DNA of 64,000 nucleotides from an uncultured Acidobacteriota bacterium (lineage in GTDB: Bacteria; Acidobacteriota; Thermoanaerobaculia; Multivoradales; UBA5704): assembly GCA_963799925.1 (NCBI GenBank), contig CAWCYZ010000002.1, positions 1,233,025 to 1,297,024 on the forward strand, in the 5' to 3' direction. Positions 29,722 to 43,393 of the stretch are shown here, in pieces (positions within the stretch are counted from its first letter, which is position 1; every line of letters starts with the position of its first letter). A program made the position numbers and the translations under genes. The notes below the pieces were generated by a model that saw only the letters and a list, made by a program, of their open reading frames with translations, did not search any database and was not told the DNA's origin.

Positions 29722-30786
29722 TCAGCGCCCCCCGAGCGGCGTGACGCAGGCTCCGCCCGGCCCCGCCATCGCGAGCTGCCGCTCGAGGCGGCTCCCCGGC
29801 GCCAGCACCGCGCTCGGGCCGACGATCGATTCGCCGACCACGCACCCGGCGCCGACCTCGGCACCCGCGAGGACCAGCGCGCGCTCGAGCCGCGCCCCCT
29901 CGCCCACCCGCGCCCCGGCCTCGACGACCACATGGTGGCAGCCGGCGCTCGGATCCAGGGCCGCCTGCGGCGAGATCCAGGAGCCGCGCCCGCGGGTGCG
30001 CACCCAGTCGAGCACCCCGTCGAGATAACGGCGCGGCGTCCCCAGGTCGTGCCAGACGCGGTCGGTCGCGATCCCCAGGATCGGGCTCACGGCCGGCTCG
30101 CCGAGCTCCCCGTTCCCGCTCAGCAAGGATTCATAGAGATCGCGCACGATGTCGGCGGGGCCGGCTCCTACGCGATCGAGGAGCGCCGGCTCGAGCACGT
30201 GGGCGCCGGCGAAGACGAGGCGCCGCTCGACGGCCGAACCCGCCGGCGGACCCGGCGCAGCCGTCAGGGCGGACGCGGGGCGGAACGACACCACCCGCCC
30301 CTCGCGGTCGACGCCGACGCCGCCGCCGAAATCGACCGGATCGGCGCGGCGGGCGAGGAGGAGGGTCGCCTGGGCCGCCGTCCTCGACCCTGCTCGACGG
30401 GAGCGGAGGTGCGCTCGGATCATCCGCGCCAGCGGCCACCGGCAGAGGCTGTCGCCGTTGACCAGGACGACGAGGTCGGCGGCGCGCAGGAAGTCGCGCA
30501 CGGGATAGAGGGCCCCCAGGGTGCCCTGGATCGCCGGCTCGTCGGAGTAGGTGAGCGGCAGGCCGGCGAAGGAGCCGCCGAAGCGGTCGCGGATCTGGCC
30601 GCCGTGGTAGTGGAGGTTGATCGCCACCGCCTCGCAACCGGCGCGGGCGAGGGCGGCCAGGGTGTGGCCGAGGATGGGGAGGCCGCAGACCGGGAAGAGG
30701 GGCTTGGGGAGCGAGCTGGAGAGCGGGCGCAGGCGTGTGCCCAGCCCGGCGGCGAGCACGAGGGCCCTGACGTGCCTCGACTCCAT
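29722..30786 (-). CDS. sugar-phosphate nucleotidyltransferase (NTP_transferase plus left-handed beta-helix C-terminus)
   Basis: ALVLAAGLGTRLRPLSSSLPKPLFPV is the signature G-x-G-T-R-x-x-P...K-P motif. The C-terminus has hexapeptide-like repeats. Confidence 0.8.
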   Translation of the reverse strand: MESRHVRALVLAAGLGTRLRPLSSSLPKPLFPVCGLPILGHTLAALARAGCEAVAINLHYHGGQIRDRFGGSFAGLPLTYSDEPAIQGTLGALYPVRDFLRAADLVVLVNGDSLCRWPLARMIRAHLRSRRAGSRTAAQATLLLARRADPVDFGGGVGVDREGRVVSFRPASALTAAPGPPAGSAVERRLVFAGAHVLEPALLDRVGAGPADIVRDLYESLLSGNGELGEPAVSPILGIATDRVWHDLGTPRRYLDGVLDWVRTRGRGSWISPQAALDPSAGCHHVVVEAGARVGEGARLERALVLAGAEVGAGCVVGESIVGPSAVLAPGSRLERQLAMAGPGGACVTPLGGR

Positions 30787-30872
30787 CGCCCTAGCGCTCG
30801 GCCTCGCGCCCCGTCAGGCGGGCTGGAGAGGCCGTCTCTGCGCCGAGGAGATGGGGCACGCGCCGTCGGGCT

Positions 30873-31433
30873 TCACGAGCTCTGACGGAAGACCATCTCC
30901 GGCGGAGCTTCCGGATGCTCTTTCAGGTAGTCCTCGTAGAGCCGCAGGTAGGAGCGCCGCTCGCCCTTCTCCGGATCGAGCCCGCAGCGGCGGGCGACCG
31001 TCTCCGCGCCGTCGCCCTCGAACTCGGCGAAGTCGCCGATCGGGGTGTGGTCGAGAGCGATGGTGACGCCGCCCAGCTGCCACTCCTCCCGCATCTTCTG
31101 GTACCGGCGGACGACGCCGTAGCCCAGGTTGTGGAAGAGCTCGCGGGCTTCGTCGGCGTTCTCGATCTCGACCTCGCGCTCCTCGCGGACCTTCATGTTG
31201 CCCTCGAGGCGCAACGGCCCCTTGAAGGTGAGGCGCGCCCGCTGACCCTCCGTGCGCAGGCGCAGGATGCGTCCGGAGGAGACCAGCTCCCCTTCCCGAT
31301 CGAGGATCCAGTTGTCTTCGAAAGCCGCCGGTCCGATCCGCTCCGCTTCCAGCTCTTTCAGTCGCTCCCGCAACATGTCGAGCTCAACTCCCGGAAACTT
31401 GATCTCGCGCTCGAGGTTGTCCTTGCTCCTCAT
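30873..31433 (-). CDS. CYTH-domain protein (class IV adenylate cyclase CyaB / triphosphatase-like)
   Basis: ATG at 31433 with GAGGT upstream. MRSKDNLEREIKF (the ExExK motif), then ...RLRTEG.RARLTFKGP...REEREVEI... Confidence 0.85.
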   Translation of the reverse strand: MRSKDNLEREIKFPGVELDMLRERLKELEAERIGPAAFEDNWILDREGELVSSGRILRLRTEGQRARLTFKGPLRLEGNMKVREEREVEIENADEARELFHNLGYGVVRRYQKMREEWQLGGVTIALDHTPIGDFAEFEGDGAETVARRCGLDPEKGERRSYLRLYEDYLKEHPEAPPEMVFRQSS

Positions 31434-31437
31434 GACC

Positions 31438-32822
31438 TCACGGCGTCGCCAGCCGATCCAGCAGCCGCGCCACGGACCGGATACCGTTGTAGAAGTGGCT
31501 GATGTTGAACTTCTCGTTAGGCGAATGCAGGGCGTCATCGTTCAGGCCGAAGCCGAGGAGCAGCACCGGGACCCCGAGCACCTGGGAGAAGGTCGAGACG
31601 ATGGGGATCGAGCCACCCTCGCGCATGCGCACCGGCCGCGCCCCCCAGATCTCCGCCATCGCCTCCATCGCGGCGTCGACGATCGGTCCCTTGGCCTCGA
31701 CGATCACCGGGTCGGCGCCGTGGAGGTAGCTCACCTCGACCGTCACCCCCGGGGGGCGATCCGCTGGACGTGCTCGGTGAACAGACGGGCGATCGTCTCC
31801 GGCTTCTGATCGGGGACCAGGCGCATCGAGACCTTGGCGCCACCCCAGGAGGGGAGCACGGTCTTGGCGCCCTTGCCCTCATAGCCGCCGAAGATGCCGT
31901 TGACGTCGCAGGTCGGCCGCGCGCCCACCCGCTCGCGGGTGGTGTAGCCCTGCTCGCCGAAGACCTCGCCGATCCCCAGCTCGCGGCGGTAGACGTCCTC
32001 GTCGAACGGCAGCTTCGCCATCTCCTCGCGCTCCCAGCTCTCGAGCGGGCGCACGTCGTCGTAGAAGCCGGGGATGAGGATCTTGCCGGTCTCCGTGTCG
32101 CGCAGGCTGTCGACGATATGGCAGAGCGCGTTCAAGGGGTTGGCGACGCCGCCGCCATAGGTCCCCGAGTGGAGGTCGCGGTTGGGGCCGGTGACCTTGA
32201 GCTCCATGTAGGCCAAGCCCTTCAAGCCATAGACGAGGGCCGGCTGGCCCGGGGCGTAGAGCGAGCTGTCGGAGATGACGACGCAGTCGCAGGCGAGGCG
32301 CTTGCCGCCGTCCTCGCGGACGTAGCGGTCGATCGCCTCGCCCCCCGCTTCCTCCTCGCCCTCGACCAGGAACTTGACGTTGACCGGCAGCGCCCCGCGC
32401 TCGGCGAGCATTGCGGCCACCGCCTTCACATGGGTGTAGGACTGGCCCTTGTCGTCGGTCGCGCCGCGCGCCACCAGCGTGTCGCCTTCCTCGGTGGGCT
32501 CGAAGGGCGGATGCCGCCAGAGGTCGACCGGGTCGACCGGCTGCACGTCGTAATGGCCGTAGAAGAGGACGGTCGGCGCGCCCGGCGCCTTGGTCCATTC
32601 GCCGTAGACCAGCGGATGGCCGGCGGTCTCGATCAGCTCGGCGGCGAGGCCCGCCGCGCGCATCTTGCCGAGCAGGAACTCGGCGGCGCGCCGCACTTGC
32701 GGCTTGTACTCGGGATCGGTCGAGATGGAGGGGATGCGGATGTAATCCTTGAGCTCCTCCAGGTAGGCGCCCTTCTCCCGATCGATCCTGCCCAGCACGT
32801 CGCGGGTGTCTCTCGCGGCCAA
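31438..32822 (-). pseudogene. M20-family dipeptidase interrupted by a single frameshift at a C5G6 run (true pseudogene or homopolymer miscall)
   Basis: The N-part (ORF 31743-32822) reads ...FYGHYDVQPVDP...ARGATDDKGQ...LVEGEEEAGG... and ends ...QRIAPRG*. The C-part (31438-31746) continues VTVEVSYLHGADP...MREGGSIPIV...DDALHSPNEKF. Adding one nt in CCCCCGGGGGG (31746-31756) restores ...QRIAPPGVTVEV... Confidence 0.85.
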
Positions 32823-32927
32823 ATCGACCCTCCTCTTCCGAGCCGGGTCAGTCTAGCAGAGTCGTCCGGGTGAGTCGGCAGGTTGTCGGGCGAGGTCGGC
32901 GGCTGGGAACGGGGTGGACGCGCCGGG

Positions 32928-33494
32928 TCAGCCGGGGGGTTGCTGGCGGTTCCGGGGAGAGGAGCCCCGCTCCTCGGCGGCGAGCCGGCCCAGGCCGCGA
33001 AGGTTGATCCCGTTGACCAGCGCGTGGGCCATCACGGGCGCCAGCAGGTTGCCGCGCCAGAGCATGATCCAGCCGAGGAGGAAGCCGGCGACGAGGGCGA
33101 AGGCCGTCCACAGGCGGAAGGCGCGGCCCGGTCCAGTATGGAGGAGGGCGAAGAGGAGCGCGGCGGGGATCCAGCCGACCGTCGCCTGGACGGCGCCGCG
33201 GAAGAAGAGCTCCTCGGCGAAGCCCGAGAGGAGCGCGAGGGCGATCGCCTCAGAGGTGGTCACCGGCCCGAGGAGGCCCGCCAGCCGGTCCTCGAGGTCG
33301 CGCGACGCGGGGAGGAAGCGCCGGGCGAGGCGCCAGATGCCCCAGAGCGCCAGGCCGCCCCCGATCCCCACGCCGAGATCCCGCCACCAGCCGTGGCGGG
33401 CGACGAAGAGCGAGAGCGGGATGGGCCCGTGGCGGGCGAGCCCGATCCAGAGACAGCCGGCCAGCGCCAGCACCAGGTAGAACGTCCAGGCCAT
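32928..33494 (-). CDS. CPBP-family intramembrane glutamic endopeptidase (CAAX protease-like)
   Basis: Motifs FAEELFFRGAV, LLFALLH and MAHALVNGI lie within hydrophobic helices. Confidence 0.85.
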   Translation of the reverse strand: MAWTFYLVLALAGCLWIGLARHGPIPLSLFVARHGWWRDLGVGIGGGLALWGIWRLARRFLPASRDLEDRLAGLLGPVTTSEAIALALLSGFAEELFFRGAVQATVGWIPAALLFALLHTGPGRAFRLWTAFALVAGFLLGWIMLWRGNLLAPVMAHALVNGINLRGLGRLAAEERGSSPRNRQQPPG

Positions 33495-33537
33495 CCGGTA
33501 GAAGCGGCCGGCCGGCCTGGAGGGCGAATCGCCGACG

Positions 33538-36108
<2,571 letters not shown>

Positions 36109-36202
36109 GGCTTGGCTTTGTTCTCAACTGTTTTTTCTAACGGCGCGCGGCACGGAGCCGGCTCTGGTCATGAAGTGGGTTCCGAATCTGGTTGCGGGCT
36201 GC

Positions 36203-36598
36203 CTACAGCTTGTCGACCCGCTCGCGGGCGACGCGCAGGCGTTCCTCTTCCCAGCGCTTCGATTCCTTGTCGGCGTCCTCGATCGCCCGCGCCTTGGGGA
36301 TGACCTCCGTCTCGTAGCGCCGGTTGGCGGCGGAGATCCTCTCGTCGACGTGGCCGACGTAGGCCTCGATCTGGTCGTCGGGGGCCTCGAAGAGGATCAA
36401 CCCCTTGTCCCCCAGCACCGCCAGCGAGCGCAGCGAGGGCGGGATGCGAAGCCCGACCGGCTTGAGGAAGAACTGGTTCCAGTCGTTGGGCAGGTGAGAG
36501 GTGCTGAGGCGGATCTGGACGTCGATCAAACTGCGATCCCGCTTGTTGATCCCGAGTATCTCCGGCTTGCCGCGCTCTACGGGTTTCCAAGAATCCAT
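36203..36598 (-). CDS. hypothetical protein encoded between gyrB and gyrA
   Basis: ATG at 36598 with AGGAGA 6 nt upstream. An alternative ATG at 36613 overlaps the gyrB stop. 131 aa, MDSWKPVERGKPEILG..., with balanced composition. No family is recognised. Confidence 0.55.
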   Translation of the reverse strand: MDSWKPVERGKPEILGINKRDRSLIDVQIRLSTSHLPNDWNQFFLKPVGLRIPPSLRSLAVLGDKGLILFEAPDDQIEAYVGHVDERISAANRRYETEVIPKARAIEDADKESKRWEEERLRVARERVDKL

Positions 36599-36612
36599 GG
36601 CTATCTCCTGCA

Positions 36613-39087
<2,475 letters not shown>

Positions 39088-39356
39088 TCACTTCTCTGTG
39101 GTTGTTGGCTCCCCCAGGTAACGGGGGAAATCGAGGCTTGTAAACAATACCACAAGCGCTCTCGAAATTCTAGCTGTAGCTCATTGAAAAATCGAGGCTT
39201 AGGGGATTGGAGCACCCCTCCTGGAAGCGCTGCGGCCGGCCGCCTCACGGCGGCGGCGCGAAGCCCTGCAAGACGGTCGATTTCAGCTTGGTTTCGCTCG
39301 GCTGACCCAGTGGAGAAAACAGCCATGCGGCGGCGGAAATTTCTTTCTTCCCTGCT

Positions 39357-40418
39357 TCAAAGCGCCACGATTCGGCCCGCCTCCATCTGCCACAGCGAGC
39401 CGACGGGGAGGGTCAGCCAGACCTGCGGCCGGTTGGAGCTCGCGACGATCTGCTCGGCACCGGCGAAGACGTTCCAGACGGCGGCGAGCGTCGGGGGGGC
39501 GAGCTCGGCGTCGGCATCGTCCAGGAGGTAGACCGGGCTCCTGCCGGCGGCGGCGATCACCCGGCCATGGGCGGCCATGAGGAGGAGGGAGAGAGCCTTC
39601 TTCTCGCCGGCCGAGCCGACCCGGCCGAGCTCGCGCTCCCCCCAGAGGATCTCGAGATCGTCGCGGTGGGGCCCGAGGAGCGGGAGCTGACGCTGGCGCT
39701 CACGGTCGGAGATGCGCTCCAGGCTCTCGCGGATCGCCTCCGTTCCCCCGAGCCCCGAGGCGGGCGAGGGGCGATAGCGAAGATCCACCGGCGGAAAGGG
39801 GAGGTCGGCCTCGCCGAGGACCTCCGCCAAACGGCCCGCGAGCGCCTCGACGTAGCTCCGCCGCCGGGCGATGAGCTCGGCCGCGGCGCCGGCGAGGACC
39901 TCGTTCCAAGCTTCGAGCCCGTGGCCGCCCGAGGCGAGGAGCTCGCGCTTCTGGCGCAGAGCCCGGCGGTAGCGGCCGAGAACCTCGAGCGCCGCCGGGC
40001 GCTGGCCGAGGACGCCGCGGTCGAGGAAGCGCCGGCGCAGGACCGGCGGACCGGAGAGCATCTCGGAGTCGCCGGTCGCCCAGGCGACGACCGGGAGAAC
40101 GGCCAGGTGCTCGGCGAGCGGCGCCGGGCGGCCATTGACGGTCCGCAGGCGCCACTCTCCGCCGAAGCCGACCTCGAGGCGGGTCCGCTGCTCGCCCGCG
40201 GCCTCTCCCTCGAGGTGGAAGAGATCGCTCCCGTGGCGGATGCAGTCGCCGAGCTGCGCGGTACGGAAGCTCCGGGTGGTGGCGAGGACGTAGACGGCCT
40301 CGAGGAGGCTCGTCTTCCCCGCGCCGTTGCCGCCGAGGACCAGGTGCGAGCCCGGCGCCGGCCGCCAGACGAGTGGCTCTAGGTTGCGGAAGCCGCTCGC
40401 GGCTAGCTGGGCGAGCAC
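39357..40418 (-). CDS. recF: DNA replication and repair protein RecF
   Basis: FRNLEPLVWRPAPGSHLVLGGNGAGKTSLLEAVYVLATTRSFR (Walker A) and a C-terminal SAGEKKALSLLL...YLLDDADAEL (signature / Walker B). Confidence 0.93.
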   Translation of the reverse strand: MLAQLAASGFRNLEPLVWRPAPGSHLVLGGNGAGKTSLLEAVYVLATTRSFRTAQLGDCIRHGSDLFHLEGEAAGEQRTRLEVGFGGEWRLRTVNGRPAPLAEHLAVLPVVAWATGDSEMLSGPPVLRRRFLDRGVLGQRPAALEVLGRYRRALRQKRELLASGGHGLEAWNEVLAGAAAELIARRRSYVEALAGRLAEVLGEADLPFPPVDLRYRPSPASGLGGTEAIRESLERISDRERQRQLPLLGPHRDDLEILWGERELGRVGSAGEKKALSLLLMAAHGRVIAAAGRSPVYLLDDADAELAPPTLAAVWNVFAGAEQIVASSNRPQVWLTLPVGSLWQMEAGRIVAL

Positions 40419-40437
40419 GCGTCCCCGCGTCTGAGGA

Positions 40438-41553
40438 TCAAATGCGCATCGGCATGATCACGCAGAGATAGCGGCCGTCTGGCCCGTCCTGCGGGTAACC
40501 CACGCACTGGGTGTTCTCGTCCTTGAGCTCCAGCCGCACGCGATCGGTCTCGACCGCGGCGAGGAACTGCGACAGGTAGTCCGGATTCATCCCGACCCGG
40601 AACTCCGGCCCGTCATAGGTGCAGGACACCTCCTCGGTCGCCTCGCCGAGGTCCGGGTTCGCCGCCGAGATCACCATCTGGTCGGGGGTGAACTGCAGGC
40701 GCACGGCGCGCGCGCGATCGCCGGTCAGCAGGGCCACCCGCTGCACGGCCTCGGCCAGGGGCTTGCGGTCGAAGACGACCTTCTTGTCGTTGTCCTTGGC
40801 GATCACCCGCTCGTAGTCGGGGAAGGTCCCTTCGAGGATGCGACAGATGAGCTCGCGGCGGGCGACCCGGAACGAGAGGTGGTGCTCGCCGCGGCGGTAG
40901 GCGAGCTTGCCCTCGCCTTCCAGGCGCTGGATCTCCTGCAGGGCCTTGCGCGGCACCAGGACCGAGTCGCCTTCCGCGCCACCCTCGAGGGCGCCCTCGA
41001 CGAGCGCCAGGCGGTGGCCATCGGTCGCGACCATCTCGAGGGCACCGTCCTTGAGCTTCAACAGCGCCCCGTTGAGCTGGAAGCGCGACTCCTCGGCCGA
41101 GACCGCGAAGAGGATCTTGGCGACCATGCGGCGGAACTCGGCGAACGGGATCTCGGTCGCGGCATTTCCAGGATCGGCGGCGTGGCCGTCGACGACGGGG
41201 AGGGTCGGAAAGTCGTCCGGCGCCATGCCGTGGATCTTGAAGCGCGACTTGCCGGCGCGGATGGTGAGCACCCGCGGCTCGTCGAGGACGAGGTCGATCT
41301 CCTCGCTGGTCAGGGCGCGGACGATCTCCTGGAACTTCTTCGCCTGGATGGCGATCCCCCCCTCCTGGCGGACGTCGGACTCGCACCAGGAGGTGAGCGA
41401 GACGTCGAGGTCGGTCGCCGCCAGATGCAGGCGGTCGCCCCGCGCGGTGAGCAGCAGGTGCGACAGCACCGGGATGGTCGTCTTGCGCTCGACGATCCCC
41501 TGCATGGGGATGAGCTCGCTCAGGAGCTCGCTGCGATTGGCTCGAATTTCCAT
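40438..41553 (-). CDS. dnaN: DNA polymerase III beta sliding clamp
   Basis: 371 aa. Typical N-terminus ...GIVERKTTIPVLSHLLL.A....L.LAATDLDVSL and C-terminus ...YLCVIMPMRI. Confidence 0.95.
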   Translation of the reverse strand: MEIRANRSELLSELIPMQGIVERKTTIPVLSHLLLTARGDRLHLAATDLDVSLTSWCESDVRQEGGIAIQAKKFQEIVRALTSEEIDLVLDEPRVLTIRAGKSRFKIHGMAPDDFPTLPVVDGHAADPGNAATEIPFAEFRRMVAKILFAVSAEESRFQLNGALLKLKDGALEMVATDGHRLALVEGALEGGAEGDSVLVPRKALQEIQRLEGEGKLAYRRGEHHLSFRVARRELICRILEGTFPDYERVIAKDNDKKVVFDRKPLAEAVQRVALLTGDRARAVRLQFTPDQMVISAANPDLGEATEEVSCTYDGPEFRVGMNPDYLSQFLAAVETDRVRLELKDENTQCVGYPQDGPDGRYLCVIMPMRI

Positions 41554-41727
41554 GCACCCCTTCTCCGTCTTGAAAGGAAATATAGCATCAGAGTAGTCGT
41601 AACCGAAGGCGGCTCCCGAAGCTGCGGAAAGCCGCGCTAAGTCGCTGATCCCTCATACCTTCGTTCACCTCGAAAAGCCCGGCTGAAAGCTGTGGACGGC
41701 CTGTGGAGGCGGTGCGGAGCGGAGCGG

Positions 41728-41762
41728 AAAAAAACCCGGCGGCGAAGCTTTCCGCAGCCGCC
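41728..41762 (-). terminator. rho-independent terminator downstream of dnaA
   Basis: On the minus strand, GGCGGC-13 nt-GCCGCC is followed by GGGTTTTTTTCC. The T7 tract is the plus-strand A7 at 41728-41734. Confidence 0.65.
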
Positions 41763-41812
41763 TCCGCCGGCGACGCACAGGCATTTTCACAGCCTTTAAG
41801 GCCCGCACCGGC

Positions 41813-43105
41813 TCAAGTGAAGTGCTGGGAGATGGAGCGTAGGGTCCGCTCGAGGTCGGGGTCGCCGGAGCGCCGTTCCTCGATGTCCTTGACCGCGTAC
41901 ATCACCGTCGAGTGGTGTTTGTCGTTGAAGATCTTGCCGATCTCCGGATAGGAGAGCGGGGTGAGCTGGCGCAGGAGATACATCGCCATCTTGCGCGGGA
42001 AGACCACCTGCTGCGAGTTGTTCTTGCTCTTGATCTCCTTGACCGTCAAGCCGTAGTGGTGAGCCACCCGGCGCACCACCTCGTTGGGCTCGACGCGTTG
42101 CCCCTCGGGCGGCAGGATGTCCTTCAAGGTCTCGCGGGTGAGCTCGAGCGAGATCGGCTTGCCGGTCAAGGAAGAGAAAGCGATCACGCGGTTGAGCAGG
42201 CCTTCGAGCTCGCGGATGTTCGAGCGCACCTGTTGGGCGATGAAGTCGGCGACCGCCGGCGGCAGCTCGATCGCCTCGAAGTCCGCCTTGCGGCGGAGGA
42301 TCGCGACCTTGGTCTCGAGGTCCGGCGGCTGGATGTCGGCGATCAGCCCCCACTCGAAGCGGCTGCGCAGGCGCTCCTCGAGGGTCGGGATGTTTCGCGG
42401 CGACGAGTCGGACGAGAGGATGATCTGCTTCTGGCTGGTATAGAGCGTGTTGAAGGTGTGGAAGAACTCCTCCTGCGTCCGCTCCTTGTTGGCGAGGAAC
42501 TGGACGTCGTCGATCAGCAGCACGTCGATCGTCCGGTAGCGTTCGCGGAAAGCCGGCATGCGGTCGAAGCGGATCGAGTTGATCAGCTCGTTGACGAACT
42601 GCTCGGCTGCCAGGTAGAGGACGCGCAGCTGCGGGTGCGCCGTCTGGATGTGCGAGCCGATGGCGTGGAGGAGATGGGTCTTGCCGAGCCCGACTCCGCC
42701 GTAGAGGAAGAGCGGGTTGTAGCTCTGCGACGGCGCCTCGGCGACCGCCCGCGCCGCGGCGTGGGCGAACTGGTTCGAGCTGCCGACGACGAAGTTGGCG
42801 AACAGGTACTTGGGGTTGAAATGCCCGCGCCCGGTCGGCTCGACCGGCGGTGCCGCCGCCTTCTCCTCGAGCGAGAAGAGAACCTCGAACGAAGAGCCGC
42901 CGAGGCCGGCGACGGCGCGGTCGACCTGCGGCCGGAAGCTCTCCTCGAGGGTGTGGAGGAAGCGGGAGTTGGGCGCCAGCAGGACGAGGCGGTCCGCGTG
43001 CTCGCTCTGCACCTTGAGCGGCCGGAACCAGGTGGAGAATTCCTCGGGGTCGAGCTGTTGCTGGAGCTGTCGTTGGAGCCGTAGCCAGAGGGATGGATCA
43101 GACAT
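41813..43105 (-). CDS. dnaA: chromosomal replication initiator protein DnaA
   Basis: NPLFLYGGVGLGKTHLLHAIG (Walker A), LLIDDVQFL, the FHTFNTL sensor, and the C-terminal DNA-binding helix MYLLRQLT.LSYPEIGKIFN.KHHSTVMYA. Confidence 0.97.
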   Translation of the reverse strand: MSDPSLWLRLQRQLQQQLDPEEFSTWFRPLKVQSEHADRLVLLAPNSRFLHTLEESFRPQVDRAVAGLGGSSFEVLFSLEEKAAAPPVEPTGRGHFNPKYLFANFVVGSSNQFAHAAARAVAEAPSQSYNPLFLYGGVGLGKTHLLHAIGSHIQTAHPQLRVLYLAAEQFVNELINSIRFDRMPAFRERYRTIDVLLIDDVQFLANKERTQEEFFHTFNTLYTSQKQIILSSDSSPRNIPTLEERLRSRFEWGLIADIQPPDLETKVAILRRKADFEAIELPPAVADFIAQQVRSNIRELEGLLNRVIAFSSLTGKPISLELTRETLKDILPPEGQRVEPNEVVRRVAHHYGLTVKEIKSKNNSQQVVFPRKMAMYLLRQLTPLSYPEIGKIFNDKHHSTVMYAVKDIEERRSGDPDLERTLRSISQHFT

Positions 43106-43393
43106 CTGCGAGCTCGCGGCCGAAAGACACAGATATTTTCAACAGGAATTCCACACCTTGCGGAAATCCCCGCGGTACGGAGACTGGAGCTTGTGAGCAG
43201 TGGTCCCGGCGACGACTGCGTGACTATAACACAGCCGCCCGAGCCCGCAAGACCTCCCGGAACAGATCGCAGAAGTGACGATATGTCAATGACTTACCGT
43301 AGCTGGCCAGCTCCCCCGGCGAGGGTTGGCGGAAGGCGGCTCCAGGAGGCGGCGACAAAACCCCGAGCGCCCTTCCGCCCGATGCCACAGCGC

